From NCBI RefSeq assembly GCF_009914755.1, contig NC_060947.1: a stretch of 64,000 nt of DNA; one strand, 5' to 3'. Origin of the DNA: the human T2T-CHM13v2.0 reference genome, Homo sapiens. Each line of letters begins with the position of its first letter. Position 1 is the stretch's first letter. The notes under the pieces were generated by a model, which searched no databases, was not told where the DNA came from, and worked only from the letters and a program-made list of their open reading frames with translations. Position numbers and translations under genes: made by a program. Shown here in pieces: positions 1 to 13,959 of this stretch.

Positions 1-325
<325 letters not shown>

Positions 326-409
326 TAAACTACCTTCGCTTCACTGAGAAGTTCCCATTTGAAATACTCAAAGCTAAAAAGAATAATTGGTGGCAATGAA
401 AAATACCTA

Positions 410-3027
<2,618 letters not shown>

Positions 3028-3860
3028 AAAGCTTTAAACTTTTCCCTGATGAATATAGTATTACCTGTGGGTTTGTCATATGTGGTCTTTATTGTATTGA
3101 GGTACATACTTTCCATACATAATTCGTTAAGTTTTTATCATGAAGAGATGTTAAATTTTGTCAAATACTTTTTCTTCATCTGTTGAAATGATCATAGGGT
3201 TTAGTCCTTCATTCCACTAGCATTCTGTATCACATTTATTGATTTGCATATGTTGAGCCATTCTTGTATCCTTGGGATGAATTATGTTTTTAACGTGCTG
3301 TCGAATTCTGTTTGTTAGTATTTTTGTTTTTTTTTTTTTGAGGCAGGGTCTTGCTCTGTGACCCAGGTGGGAGTGCAGTGGTGCAACCATGCCTCACTGC
3401 AACCTTGATCTCCTAGGCTTCAGTCATTCTCCTGCCTCATTTTTTGATTTTTTTTTGTAGAGACGAGGTCTCACTATGTTGCCCAGACTGGTCTCAAACT
3501 CCTGGGATCAAGTGATCCTCCACGTTAGCCTCCCAAAGTGATGGGATTACAGGTGTGAGCCACCATGACAAGGCCCTGTTTGCTTGTATTTTGTTGAGGA
3601 TTTTTGCATTCATGTTCATCAGGGGTATTGGCCAGGGATATTCCTTTTACTGTTATGTCCTTCTCTGGTTTTTGTATTAGAGTATGCTGTTTTTATAGAA
3701 TGAGTTTGGATGTATTGTCTCCCTTCAATTTTGTTGACTAGTTTGAGAAGAATTGGTATTTGTTCTTTAAATGTTTGGTAGAATTCAGCAGTGAGGCCAT
3801 TAAGTCCTGGGCTTTTCTTTGATTGGAGACTTTCTATTATGGTTTCAATTTAATTACTCA
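3028..3860 (-). mobile_element. L1M ORF2 fragment containing an Alu
   Basis: tttaaatgtttggtagaattcagcagtg and similar antisense ORF2 motifs. Confidence 0.8.
3322..3575 (-). mobile_element. AluJ-like with internal deletion
   Basis: T-tail then Alu body; flanking near-duplication ctgtttgttagtattttt / ctgtttgcttgtattttt. Confidence 0.85.
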
Positions 3861-5358
3861 CTGTACACCTTTCCCTCACCAAAACCCAAGCTGCAGCTAT
3901 ACAGTGCCATCTTGAAAACAGAGCCACAGCTAGCATGTATCCTGCTCCAAGAGCCAGCAATAACTGCATCTTTTCATTGCTGAAGCTGCACTGCCATTAC
4001 ACCACCTTAGTGGTGGTGCACCATTCCCCAGCCAAGCTGTTACAGCACTCTATCCTCTGAGAATAAGCTGCCTAGGAAGGGCTCTGTCTTGCACATTCAG
4101 GTGACTGCAGCAACCAACCCTAGCCTCTCAGAGCCTAAGTCCACTGCTCCAGCACAAAGGCAAGTGGTACTCTGTCCCTAGAGGAATAGGTAATCTTGCC
4201 AAGTAAAGAAACTGAGTACTGCCCAGTGATGTGCACAGTCAGCACACTCACCAGCCAGGTTCACTGTCCATGTGCAACCCTGTGCGCTCACTAGCCAGGC
4301 ATGTTGCTTCCAGGTGCCCCTGCCCCAAGTTGGTGATTTGGCCCCCGTGTGACAATGGCATACCAGCCAGACATGTTGCTTCCATGGAGCCCTGCCCCAA
4401 ACTGGCAGACTTCTGCTGCCTACATACTTACCAACCAGGCATACCAATTCCAGGGGGTACCTGCTCAGAGTGACAGGTACACTGAAAGTGAAGAGATGGA
4501 AAATGATATTCCATGCAAATGGAAACCAAGAGAGAGCAGGAGTAGCTATAATCATAACAGATAAAATAGGCTTTAAGGCAAAAACTATAAAAAGAGAAAA
4601 GAAGTTCATTATATAATGAAAAGGAGTCATTTCCACAAGATGATACGAAAAATTTTAATATGTATACACCTAACACCAGAGTACCCAAGTAAATGAAGCA
4701 ATTATTATAGATCTAAGGGAATAGACTGCAATAAAATAATATAAGGAGACTTCAGCATGCCACTCTCAGCAATGGACAGATCATCCAGACAGAAAATAAA
4801 GAAACATCACATTTAAAGGACACACTAAATCAAATGGACCAAGCAAACATTTACAGCATATTCGACCAAACAGCTGCAGAATAAACAGTCTTCTCAACAG
4901 AACATGAAACTTTCTCTAGGACAGATCATATGGTAGCCTGTAGAACAAGCCTTAACAAATTTAAGAAAACCAAAATCATTTCCAGTATATTTTTTTTTAC
5001 CACAATGGTATAAAACTAGAAATCAGTAACAACAGGAACTTCTGAAAATTCACAAATACACATGGAAATTAAACAACATGCTCTTATATGACCAACAGGT
5101 CAATGAAGAAATTAAAAGGAAGTCTAAAAATTTCTTGAGAGAAATGAAAATGGAAATACAGCATACCAAAATCCTTGGGACACAGCTAATGCAGTTCTAA
5201 AAGGAAATCTTATAGCAATAAATGTCTACATTGAAAAAGAAGAAAGATCACAAATAAAAACCTAACAATGCACCAAAGGAATTAAACATTTTAAAACCCA
5301 AGTAAACCTAAAACTAGTAAAAGGAAAGAAATAATAAAGAGTAGAAATAAATGAAAGT

Positions 5359-5675
5359 GCCCAGGCACAGTAGCTTATGCCTATAATCCCAGCACTTTTG
5401 GGGGGGCCAAAGTGGGAGGATCACTTGAAGCCAGGAGTTTCCACCAGCCTGGGCAACAAAGCAAGACCTCATCTCTACAAAAAATTAAGATTAGCCAGGT
5501 GTGGTTGCATGTACCAGTAGTCCTAGCCACTTGGGAGGCTGAAACAGGAGGATCATGTGAGCTCAGGAGTTTGAGGCTACAATGAGCTATGATTGCATTA
5601 CTGTACTGCAGCTTGGTAAACAGAGTGAGATCATATCTCAAGAAAGAAAGAAAATAAAGAAAAGAGAAGAGAAGA
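5359..5675 (+). mobile_element. AluJ-like
   Basis: cctataatcccagcactt ... gcttggtaaacagagtgaga plus GA-rich tail. Confidence 0.88.
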
Positions 5676-5679
5676 AAGA

Positions 5680-5986
5680 GGACGGACTTGGTGGCTCACA
5701 CTTGTAATCCCAGCACTTTGGGAGGCCAAGAGGGAGGACTGCTTGAGGCCAGGAGTTCAAGACCAGCCTGGGCAACATAGTGAGACCCCCATCTCTACAA
5801 AGAAATTAAACAACTAGCCAGATGTGGTGGCATGCACCTGTAGTCCCAGATACTCAGGGAGCTGAGGCAGGAGGATCACCTGAGCACAGGAGGTCAAGGC
5901 TGCAGTCAACCATGATTGTGGCATTGCACTGCAGCCTGGGTGACAGAGCAGGACCCTGTCTCAAAAAAAGAAAAGGAAAGAAAAGA
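5680..5986 (+). mobile_element. AluJ-like inserted in the preceding Alu tail
   Basis: ggtggctcacacttgtaatcccagc ... cctgggtgacagagc plus A-rich tail. Confidence 0.9.
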
Positions 5987-5987
5987 A

Positions 5988-6116
5988 ACCCAAATCTTAT
6001 AAAATGGCCCTACCCCTATCTCCCTTCGCTGACTCTCTTTTCGGACTCAGCCCGCCTGCACCCAGGTGAAATAAACAGCCTTGTTGCTCACCAAAAAAAA
6101 AAAAAAAAAAAAAAAA
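5988..6116 (+). mobile_element. HERV-H LTR7 U3-end/R fragment followed by poly(A)
   Basis: cccaaatcttataaaatggcccc...ctcccttcgctgactctcttttcggactcagcccgcctgcacccaggtgaaataaacagccttgttgctcac matches recalled LTR7; AATAAA 6070-6075, A-tract 6093-6116. Confidence 0.85.
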
Positions 6117-7155
6117 GAGAGGTTTAAAATAAAATAGATCAATGAAAGAAAGAGTTGTTTTTTTGAAAAGATAAACAAAATTGAGATGCCTTTAGCTGGC
6201 CTAAGAAAAAACAGAGAAGATTCAAGTAAAATTAGATACCAAAAAAAGAGACACTACAACTGATGCTACAGAAATAAAAAGCATCACAAGACAGTATCAG
6301 GAACAATTCTATGCCAGAAAACCCAGATAACCTATAAAAAATGGATAAATTCCTGGTCATATACAACCTTCCAAGATTAAAGAATGAAGAAATAGAAAAT
6401 CTGAACAGACCAATAGTGAGTAATGAAATCAAAGCAGTAATAAAAATCTCGCATCAAAGAAAAGCCCAGGACTTGATGGCTTCACTGCTGAATTCTACCA
6501 AACATTTAAAGAATGAATGCCAATTTTCCTCAAACTAGTCGGCACAACTGAAGAGGAGACAATATTTCTAAACTCATTTTATAAGGATAGCATTACCCTG
6601 ATAGCAAAGCCAGGCAAGGACACAATTAAAAAAGAATATCCCTGATGAACACAAATGCAAAAATCATCAACAAAATACTAGCAAACAGAATTCAATAGCA
6701 CATTAAAAAGATTATTCACTATGATCAAGTGGAACTCATCCCAGGGATGCAAGAATGGCTCAACATATGCCAATCAATAAATGTGACACAGAACACTAAT
6801 GGAATGAAGGACAAAAACCGTATGATCATTTCAATAGATGAAGAAAAGGCATTTGACAAAATTAAATATCCCTTCATGATAAAAACAATACATTATGTAT
6901 AGAAAGTATGTACCTCACTACAAATAAAAGCCACATATGACAAACCCACAGCTAACACCATATTGAACAGGGAAAAGTTGGAAGCTCTTCCTTAAGATAG
7001 GGAACAAGACAACAATGCCTACTTTTACCACTTCTATTCTACTTAGTATTTGAATTCCTAGCCACAGCAATTAGGCAAGAGAAAGAAATGAAAGCTATCC
7101 AAATTGGAAAGGAGGAAGTTAAACTATCCCTGGTTGCAGATGACATGAGTGTATA

Positions 7156-7574
7156 CAGTTGGCCCTCAAACAATACCAGTGTTAGAAGTGTCAGACCCTT
7201 GCACACTGGAAAATCAATATATAAGTTCTTACTTACCAAAAACTTAACTACCAGTAGCCCACTGTTGACCAGAAGCCTGATCAATAACATAAATCATTGA
7301 TTAACACCTATTTTGTATATTATATGTATTATACACTGTATTCTTATAAGTTAAGCTAAAGAAAAAATTATTATTAAGAAAATACATCTACTATTAATTA
7401 AGGGGACATGGATCATCATAAACATCTACATCTTTATCATCTTTGTGTTGAGTAGGCGGAGGAAGAGGAAGAAGAAAAGTTGGTCTTGCTGACTCAGTGG
7501 TTGCAGAGGTGGAAGAAAATCCACATATAAATGGACTCACACATTTCAAATCTGTGTTGTTTAAGGGTCCACCA
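7156..7574. mobile_element. Tigger2a-like DNA transposon inserted in L1 ORF2
   Basis: TA-flanked imperfect TIRs cagttggccctcaaacaa ... ttgtttaagggtccacca; L1 RT sequence resumes on both sides. Confidence 0.8.
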
Positions 7575-9289
7575 TATACAGAAAACCCAAAAGACTCCAC
7601 CAAAAAACTGCTAGAGCTAATAAACAAATTCAGTAAAGTTGCAAGATACAAAAATCAGCAGTATTTTTATACATCAATAGTAAACTATCTGAAAAAGAAA
7701 TCAAGAAAACAATCCCACTTACAATAGTTACAAAAAACATATACTTAGGGATAAGTTTAACCAAGGAGGTGAAAGATCTTCACACTGAAAACTATAAAAC
7801 ATTGATGGAGGAAATTGAAGAGGACACAGATAAACAGAAGGATAGCCCATCTTCATGGACTGGAAGAATTAATATTGTTAAAGTGTCTACACTACCCAAA
7901 GTGATCTACAGATTCAACGTAATCTCTAACAAAATACCAATGGCATTCTTCACAGAAATAGAAAAAAGAATCCTAAAATTTGTAAGGAACCACAAAAGAT
8001 CCCGAATAGCTGAGGCAAACTTGTGGGGAAAAAAAAAAGAAGAAAGAAAGCTGAAGATATCACTCTATCTGACTTCAAAATGTACTACAAAGCTATAGCA
8101 ACCAAAATAGAATGATACTGATCTAAAAATAGACACACAGACCAATGGAATAGAGAGCCCAGAAAAAAAATGCATATACAGGCAAAGGTGTGAAGAACAA
8201 ACATTGGGGAAAATACAATCTTCAGTAAATGGTGCTGAAAAAAAAATGGATGCCCATATGCAGAAGAATGGAACTAGGTACATATCTCTCATCACATATA
8301 AAAATCAACTCAAAATGGATTAAAAACTTAAATGAAAGACCGAAAGCTATGAAACTACTGGAAGAAAACATAGGGAAAACACTTCATAATATTGGACTAG
8401 GCAACAATTTTTTGGCTATGACTCTAAAAGCACAGGTAACAAAAGCAAAAGTAGACAAATGAGATTACATCAAACTAAAAAGCTTCTGCTGCACAGTAAA
8501 GGAAACAATCAACAAAGTGAAGAGATAACCCACAGAATGGAAGAAAATATTTGCAAACTACCCTTCTAAAAAGGATTAATAACCAGAATATATAAGAAAC
8601 TCAACTAAATAGCAAAGCAAACAATCTGATTTTAGAACGGGCAAAAGATCTGAATAGATACTTTTCAAAAGAAGATATACAAATGGCCAATAGGTATATG
8701 AAAAAAATGCAACATCACCAATCATCACGAAAATGCAAATCAAAACCACAATGAGATATCATTTCACCAAGTTTGAATGGCTATTCACAAAAAGACAAAA
8801 CATATCAAGTGCTGACAAGGATGTGGAAAAAGGGGAACACTCACATACTATCAGTGGAAATGTAAATTCGTACATTCATTATGAAAAACAGTATGGACTT
8901 CCTAAAAATATAAAAAGAGAACTGCCCTATGATCTATCTGGCAATCCCATTACTGGGTATATATCCAAAGAAAATGAAGTCATTGTGTCGAACAGATATG
9001 TGCACTCCCATGTTTATTGCAGCACTATTCACAATAGCCAAGATATGAAGTCAACCTAAGTGTCCATATGGATGAATTGAGAAGGAGAATGTGGTATACA
9101 TACACGAGGAAATACTATTTTAGCAATAAAAAAGAAAGAAATGCTGTCATTCACAGCAACACAGATGAGGTTGGAGAACATTATGTTAAGCGAAATAAGC
9201 CAGCCACACAAAGGCAAATACAGCATAATCACTCTATACCTCATATGTAGTACAATTATTGTGTCAATTAAAATTTAAAATGTAATAGC

Positions 9290-9620
9290 AAAAAAATACA
9301 ATAAATACTCAACTGAAAACAGAAGAGAACATCCTAAACATGAAAAAGGAAATTTGTGAAAAACCTACAGCTAACATCAATACTCAATAGTGAAAGACTG
9401 AAAGCTTTCCCCCTAAAATCAGGAACAGGACACCAGTGCCTCTTTTCACTACTTTTACTCAACACTGTACTGGAAGTTCTAGCCAGAGCAATTAGGCAAG
9501 GAAATAAAAGACATCCAAATTGAAAATGAAGAAATAGAATTCTCTTTTCAGAGATGACATGATCTAATATTTACAAAATCCTAAAGAATCCACAAAATGA
9601 GCTATTAGAGCTAATAAATA
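9290..9620 (+). mobile_element. Old L1M ORF2 (RT) fragment
   Basis: aaacctacagctaacatc, gaagttctagccagagcaattaggcaag, gagatgacatgatc. Confidence 0.8.
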
Positions 9621-10049
9621 TATTAATCTCTGTTTTGTATTCTTTGTGAGTGCCTCAGCCTGCAGAAGCTTTGGAAAAATATAGCAAACATTACCAGCAC
9701 ACTCCTGATTTGTCTCATTTTTCTTTTCTTTGTTGGGGAAGGGAAAGACAAGTAGAAGATACAGAGGAAGAGTAAATGAATCAAACAAACGTTATCTTGA
9801 CTGGTTGTATTCCTACAAATCAACTATAATTTCTTATTTATTTCCCTAAGCAGGTAACAGCAAAGCCCTGAAAACCAAAAGGAATTGGGCTCTTGTTTTC
9901 AGAAGCAGCAATGTATGGGTGATATGAGGACAGAGTATCCTACTCCATAGCCAGGCTTGTACAGATGGTGGCAGCTATCCAAGGAGAAGCAAGGAAGCTG
10001 AGACCCTGGGACCTGCTATAAGAAAGGAGGGAAAAACTTAAGAACTTAC

Positions 10050-10178
10050 TGAATGTTGTAGGGCACAGTACTAGGATTGAGTACCCCATACATAGTGAAG
10101 CCTTTATAGAGAGGGTTCCTGAAGTCTGGTTTCCTCTGAACCAAGAAAGGCCACACAGAATGTGTTTTCTCATAGACT
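10050..10178 (-). CDS. MTMR8: MTMR8 coding exon 12 (129 nt, phase 2-2)
   Basis: VYEKTHSVWPFLVQRKPDFRNPLYKGFTMYGVLNPSTVPYNIQ; ttctaacag acceptor, gtaagt donor. Confidence 0.95.
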
Positions 10179-11129
10179 CTGTTAGAAAAGAAAAACAAGC
10201 CAAAAAATTAAAAGCAGGAAGCAAGTAATCTCAATAGTCCTGTTGAACTGATAAGCAGCAAATTTTACTAATAAGTAACCCAGCTCAAGAAAGGACGACA
10301 GGATATGACAGAAGAAAAATAAGTGGATAAAAAGTGTTGATGGAGTAACAAATTATCTGGGCTTCAATTTATCCATCTTTAAAATAAATGAGAGGTTAGA
10401 AAGAGTTCCATATTGGAGAACAGGAGATTCTAAGTCCAGTCTCTGTGTGGAATAGCTGTGTGATCTTAAGAAAATCCCGAGTTTTTTTCTGGGCCTATTT
10501 CCTCACCGTTAAATGTGACCTCTAAGTTATCTTCCAAATCAAGGATTTTATGAACTAATGACTTTTCTGGTTTTAAAAATTCTGGAATTGCTTTTACAAG
10601 TCTGGTAAGTTAAGTGATAGGTTCTATGGGGTGAATTTCTGGCTCTTCTATATTTCATTTTACTTAAAGCCAGCTACTTCTCCCTTCAGAAGGTTTAAGA
10701 CAGTGAAAGACAATTGGAAATTTATACTAGAAAATGTCATGAGTTATCCCAGGTGGGCAACTAAAGATTATGGCATTTATATTACAAAATTGATTCTTAT
10801 ACTTTAGTTCAGACCATGGGGAGGCTGCTTAACCAGTAAGCAAGTCCCTTAGTTAACACCTCAAAATACATGAGATCCACTGGTTCCCAAAGAGAGTTAC
10901 TGTATAACCACCCATGAGAAGGTCATTTGCACACACACCATGTCAAAGGAAGCTAAAGGAGAACTGAAGAGTGATATAAGTGGTAAGACCTAAAATTGTG
11001 GTCTTGTAACTTTTGCAATTGTCAGAGCATTTCAGTGAGGCCAAAGGCTTTGTACATCCATCTTTCTCATTTGCTGTTGGTTTATAACAGAAAAAAAAAA
11101 ATATTGCGTTGGTAAGGTAACTAATTTGT

Positions 11130-11340
11130 TGAGTATTTACTATGTGTTCAAACACTATTCCAGACTCTTTACCTAAAATACCTCCTTAAATTTTCCCAAT
11201 AAAACCTTGTGAGATATTTTAGCCCAAAATTACTAATGAGAAAATGAGACTAAATATTAATTTGCTCAAGGTCACATAGCTAGTAGGTGAGAGAGCCAAA
11301 GTTTGAACCCAAGTCTGCCTGATTCTAAAGCCCATCCTTT
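11130..11340. mobile_element. MIR
   Basis: tttgctcaaggtcacatagctagtagg...tttgaacccaagtctgcctgattc MIR core. Confidence 0.75.
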
Positions 11341-11926
11341 TCTGTTCATGAATGAATGACACTTCTGCTTATTTTAAGTAATCACTATTTTAAAATATGT
11401 TAAAATGTTCAACTGTTATGTTTTTTAAATGGATATTCAGATTTGTGTGAAAAATACCACATATATTGACCAATTTTAAGAGAAGGAAAAAGATTATGGA
11501 AAAGATTCTGTGTTTTAACGCGTAGGTAAACAAAGACAGAATGAATATCTTAAAAGAATTTGGGGAGAAAGTGACAAAGGTCTAGTTGTAAAGACAGAGA
11601 GAGAGAAACATGCATGGCATCAAGAGAGAAACTACCAAGTAAGTACAAATGTTGAAACAGAAAGACTCATTATTGTTCTCTATGTTGACAGGAAAACCAA
11701 ATCACAGAGAAGTAACTTCATCTTGCTATGCTATAAAGGGGCCTGAGGGTTGGGCTAACTACTAACTCAGCCAACAGCTGTGAAATAGGAGTGAGTTGTG
11801 AAACAGCTACTATCCTATTTCTTTTTCTCTGTCTCTAACATAATGAAAATACTGTTCACAGGAGCTCTACCTTGTCAATTTTGAAAAGTACTTATGTCTC
11901 ATATATTGCCAAGCTGTTAGTTTAAG

Positions 11927-12504
11927 TGAGGGGTGCAAACTCAACTGCCTACTAGAACTAGGCAGATAACATTAGAAATGGGCTAAGAATAAACTATAGA
12001 GAATGGTAAGAACTGCAGTCAACAAGAGTGAGTTTGCCTCATCCAAATGGAACAGCTACTATTCAGCTCTAGCTGTTTATTATCATGAGAAAATAGTCTA
12101 GTATTGCCAGAGCTCCTGATTTTTCAGAATATTTAGAAAAAACATCCTAAAATAACTGGATTTTAATGTGAAATCTACTGATATTTAAATGTTAGCAACT
12201 AGGCATAAGAATGACACAATGGACTTTGGGAACTCAGAGGGAAAGGGTAGGAAGCGGGTGAGGGATAAAAGACTACAAATTGGGTTCAGTGTATACTGCT
12301 CAGGAGATGGGTGAACCAAAGTCTCACAAATCACCACTAAAGAACTCATTCATGTAACCAAATACCACCTGTTCCTCAAAAACCTACGGAAATAAACAAA
12401 AATGTCGGCAACGAATTAGGAGTTTTAAAAAATACTCCACAGATTAAACAAACCACGCCTGTTGGGTTGGGTTCGGCCTATGAGCTGCTAGTTTGTAATC
12501 TCTG
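11927..12504. mobile_element. hAT/Charlie-type MER element interrupted by an L1 3' end
   Basis: Termini gaggggtgcaaact ... agtttgtaatctctg resemble TIRs; family not resolved. Confidence 0.5.
12202..12400 (+). mobile_element. L1PB-like 3' end, heavily 5'-truncated
   Basis: atggactttggg...ggataaaagactacaaattggg...catgtaaccaaataccacctg; diverged TSD aaatgttagcaacta / aaatgtcggcaacga. Confidence 0.8.
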
Positions 12505-12834
12505 ATATGAGTGAGAAAGGACTGTAGATAATGACTACTCATACCTGCACAGCAATTAATTATTTGCAAAGGCCTTGTACATCCATTATTTTACTGGATC
12601 CTCATGACTGCTCTAAAAAGTAGGCATTATTATCCCTATTTTACAGATGAGATATCTTAGGGTTCTGAGAGATCTCTGTGCAAACATTGAGTGCTTTATG
12701 CTTCAAAAGTTCTTTTTATTATTGTTATCTCCTCCCCTTTCTTGACTGCTATGCCAAATTCAGGGTGGTAGGTACATTCTTTTTGCACTGACCACCTTCT
12801 CCCTGTTCAGTGTCTTCTCACAAAGTAAATTCAC

Positions 12835-13035
12835 CTTAGATCTTCCCGATCCTTCTGGCAGTTACCAAGGAAGTTTCCAAACTGGCAGGAGAAAACATGG
12901 TCATGAATCTCCAGCAGGAAGTTTTCATTAAACTCAAAGGCACAGGGAAACTGTTCCATTAATTGCCAGATACAGTCTAGGAACTGGGTGAAGATAGGGG
13001 ACACTTCTTTAGAGTCCCCATCGAGGTGGCCACAC
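12835..13035 (-). CDS. MTMR8: MTMR8 coding exon 11 (201 nt, phase 2-2)
   Basis: CGHLDGDSKEVSPIFTQFLDCIWQLMEQFPCAFEFNENFLLEIHDHVFSCQFGNFLGNCQKDREDL; catctctcag acceptor, gtgaat donor. Confidence 0.95.
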
Positions 13036-13274
13036 CTGAGAGATGAAAATAAAGGTAAAGAAAGACACTAGTTAGCATTAAGGATTACACTGTTGGGAAT
13101 AGGCTGTAAGAGGGTCATCTTTTGTCTCTGTTGGTAGTGGCAAGGAAACACCTCATACCAAAATGCCAGCCAGAATCTCAAAGCTAGTCAATCCCAGCAG
13201 ACCTCTTAGCTGCTGGTGTCCTTCACTGTCATCCATACTGTAAACCCTTTGGTCATCTAGTCTATTTTTTTATA

Positions 13275-13470
13275 CACCCTCTTTCCAATAGAACTTTCTG
13301 CAATGATGGAAAATTTCTACAGTTGTGTTGTCCAATATAGCAGCCACTAACTGTTAAGCACTTGAAATGTGGATACTGTGACTGAGGAACTGAATTTTTA
13401 ATTGTATTTAATTTTAATTAATTTAATTTAAATAGCTACATTTAGCTCTATGTGAGCAACGACCACATCT
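13275..13470. mobile_element. MER3-like DNA transposon
   Basis: tccaatagaactttctgcaatgatgg...cacttgaaatgtgg...actgaggaactgaattttta. Confidence 0.75.
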
Positions 13471-13959
13471 ATATTGTTTACTGCATAGTGCCTGGCACAA
13501 AATAGGTATTAAAGAAACATTTATTAAGTACATGAATGAAACCTCATCCCAGAACTGTTTAATATTTCCTCCCCACAATGTTTTCTTTACCAACCCTATC
13601 ATCGACTGAAACACTATTCCACTGGAAATGAACACGGCACTCTCAGTTTCTACACTGAATGTTCTCTACCTTCTGATATAATTACAACCTGGCTCACAAC
13701 GATACCACCTTTCCTTGGGGTCAAATAAAAATGGAGAATGCTGATCATTCCACTTTCCACATACCATAATTCTAAAACAAAGCAGAGGTGGGTTTAGCTT
13801 TCTCCTTGCACCTACTGCTGCTTCTGCTGCTTCCAAGCTACTATTCTTTTCATGCCCTTAAGAACACTTCCTTTATGGGTCATGCTATTTAGCTTATTTA
13901 CCTTCTCCTTCCACAATGCTGTCTTCTAGAATCTCTGTGTCACTTCCCTACATTCTCTG

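Larger units (their letters stand above)
3861..9285 (+). mobile_element. Degenerate L1MA-like element (5'-UTR-like block, ORF2, 3' end) with nested Alus, LTR7 fragment and Tigger
   Basis: ORF2 remnants in several ORFs ([39 protein letters not shown]); endonuclease region starts ~4480; identity of 3861-4470 less certain. Confidence 0.8.

Noticed and set aside
3028-3860. Twin-priming inversion of the neighbouring plus-strand L1
   Set aside because: It covers the same ORF2 interval as ~6415-6990 and is clearly diverged from it, so it is more likely a separate insertion.
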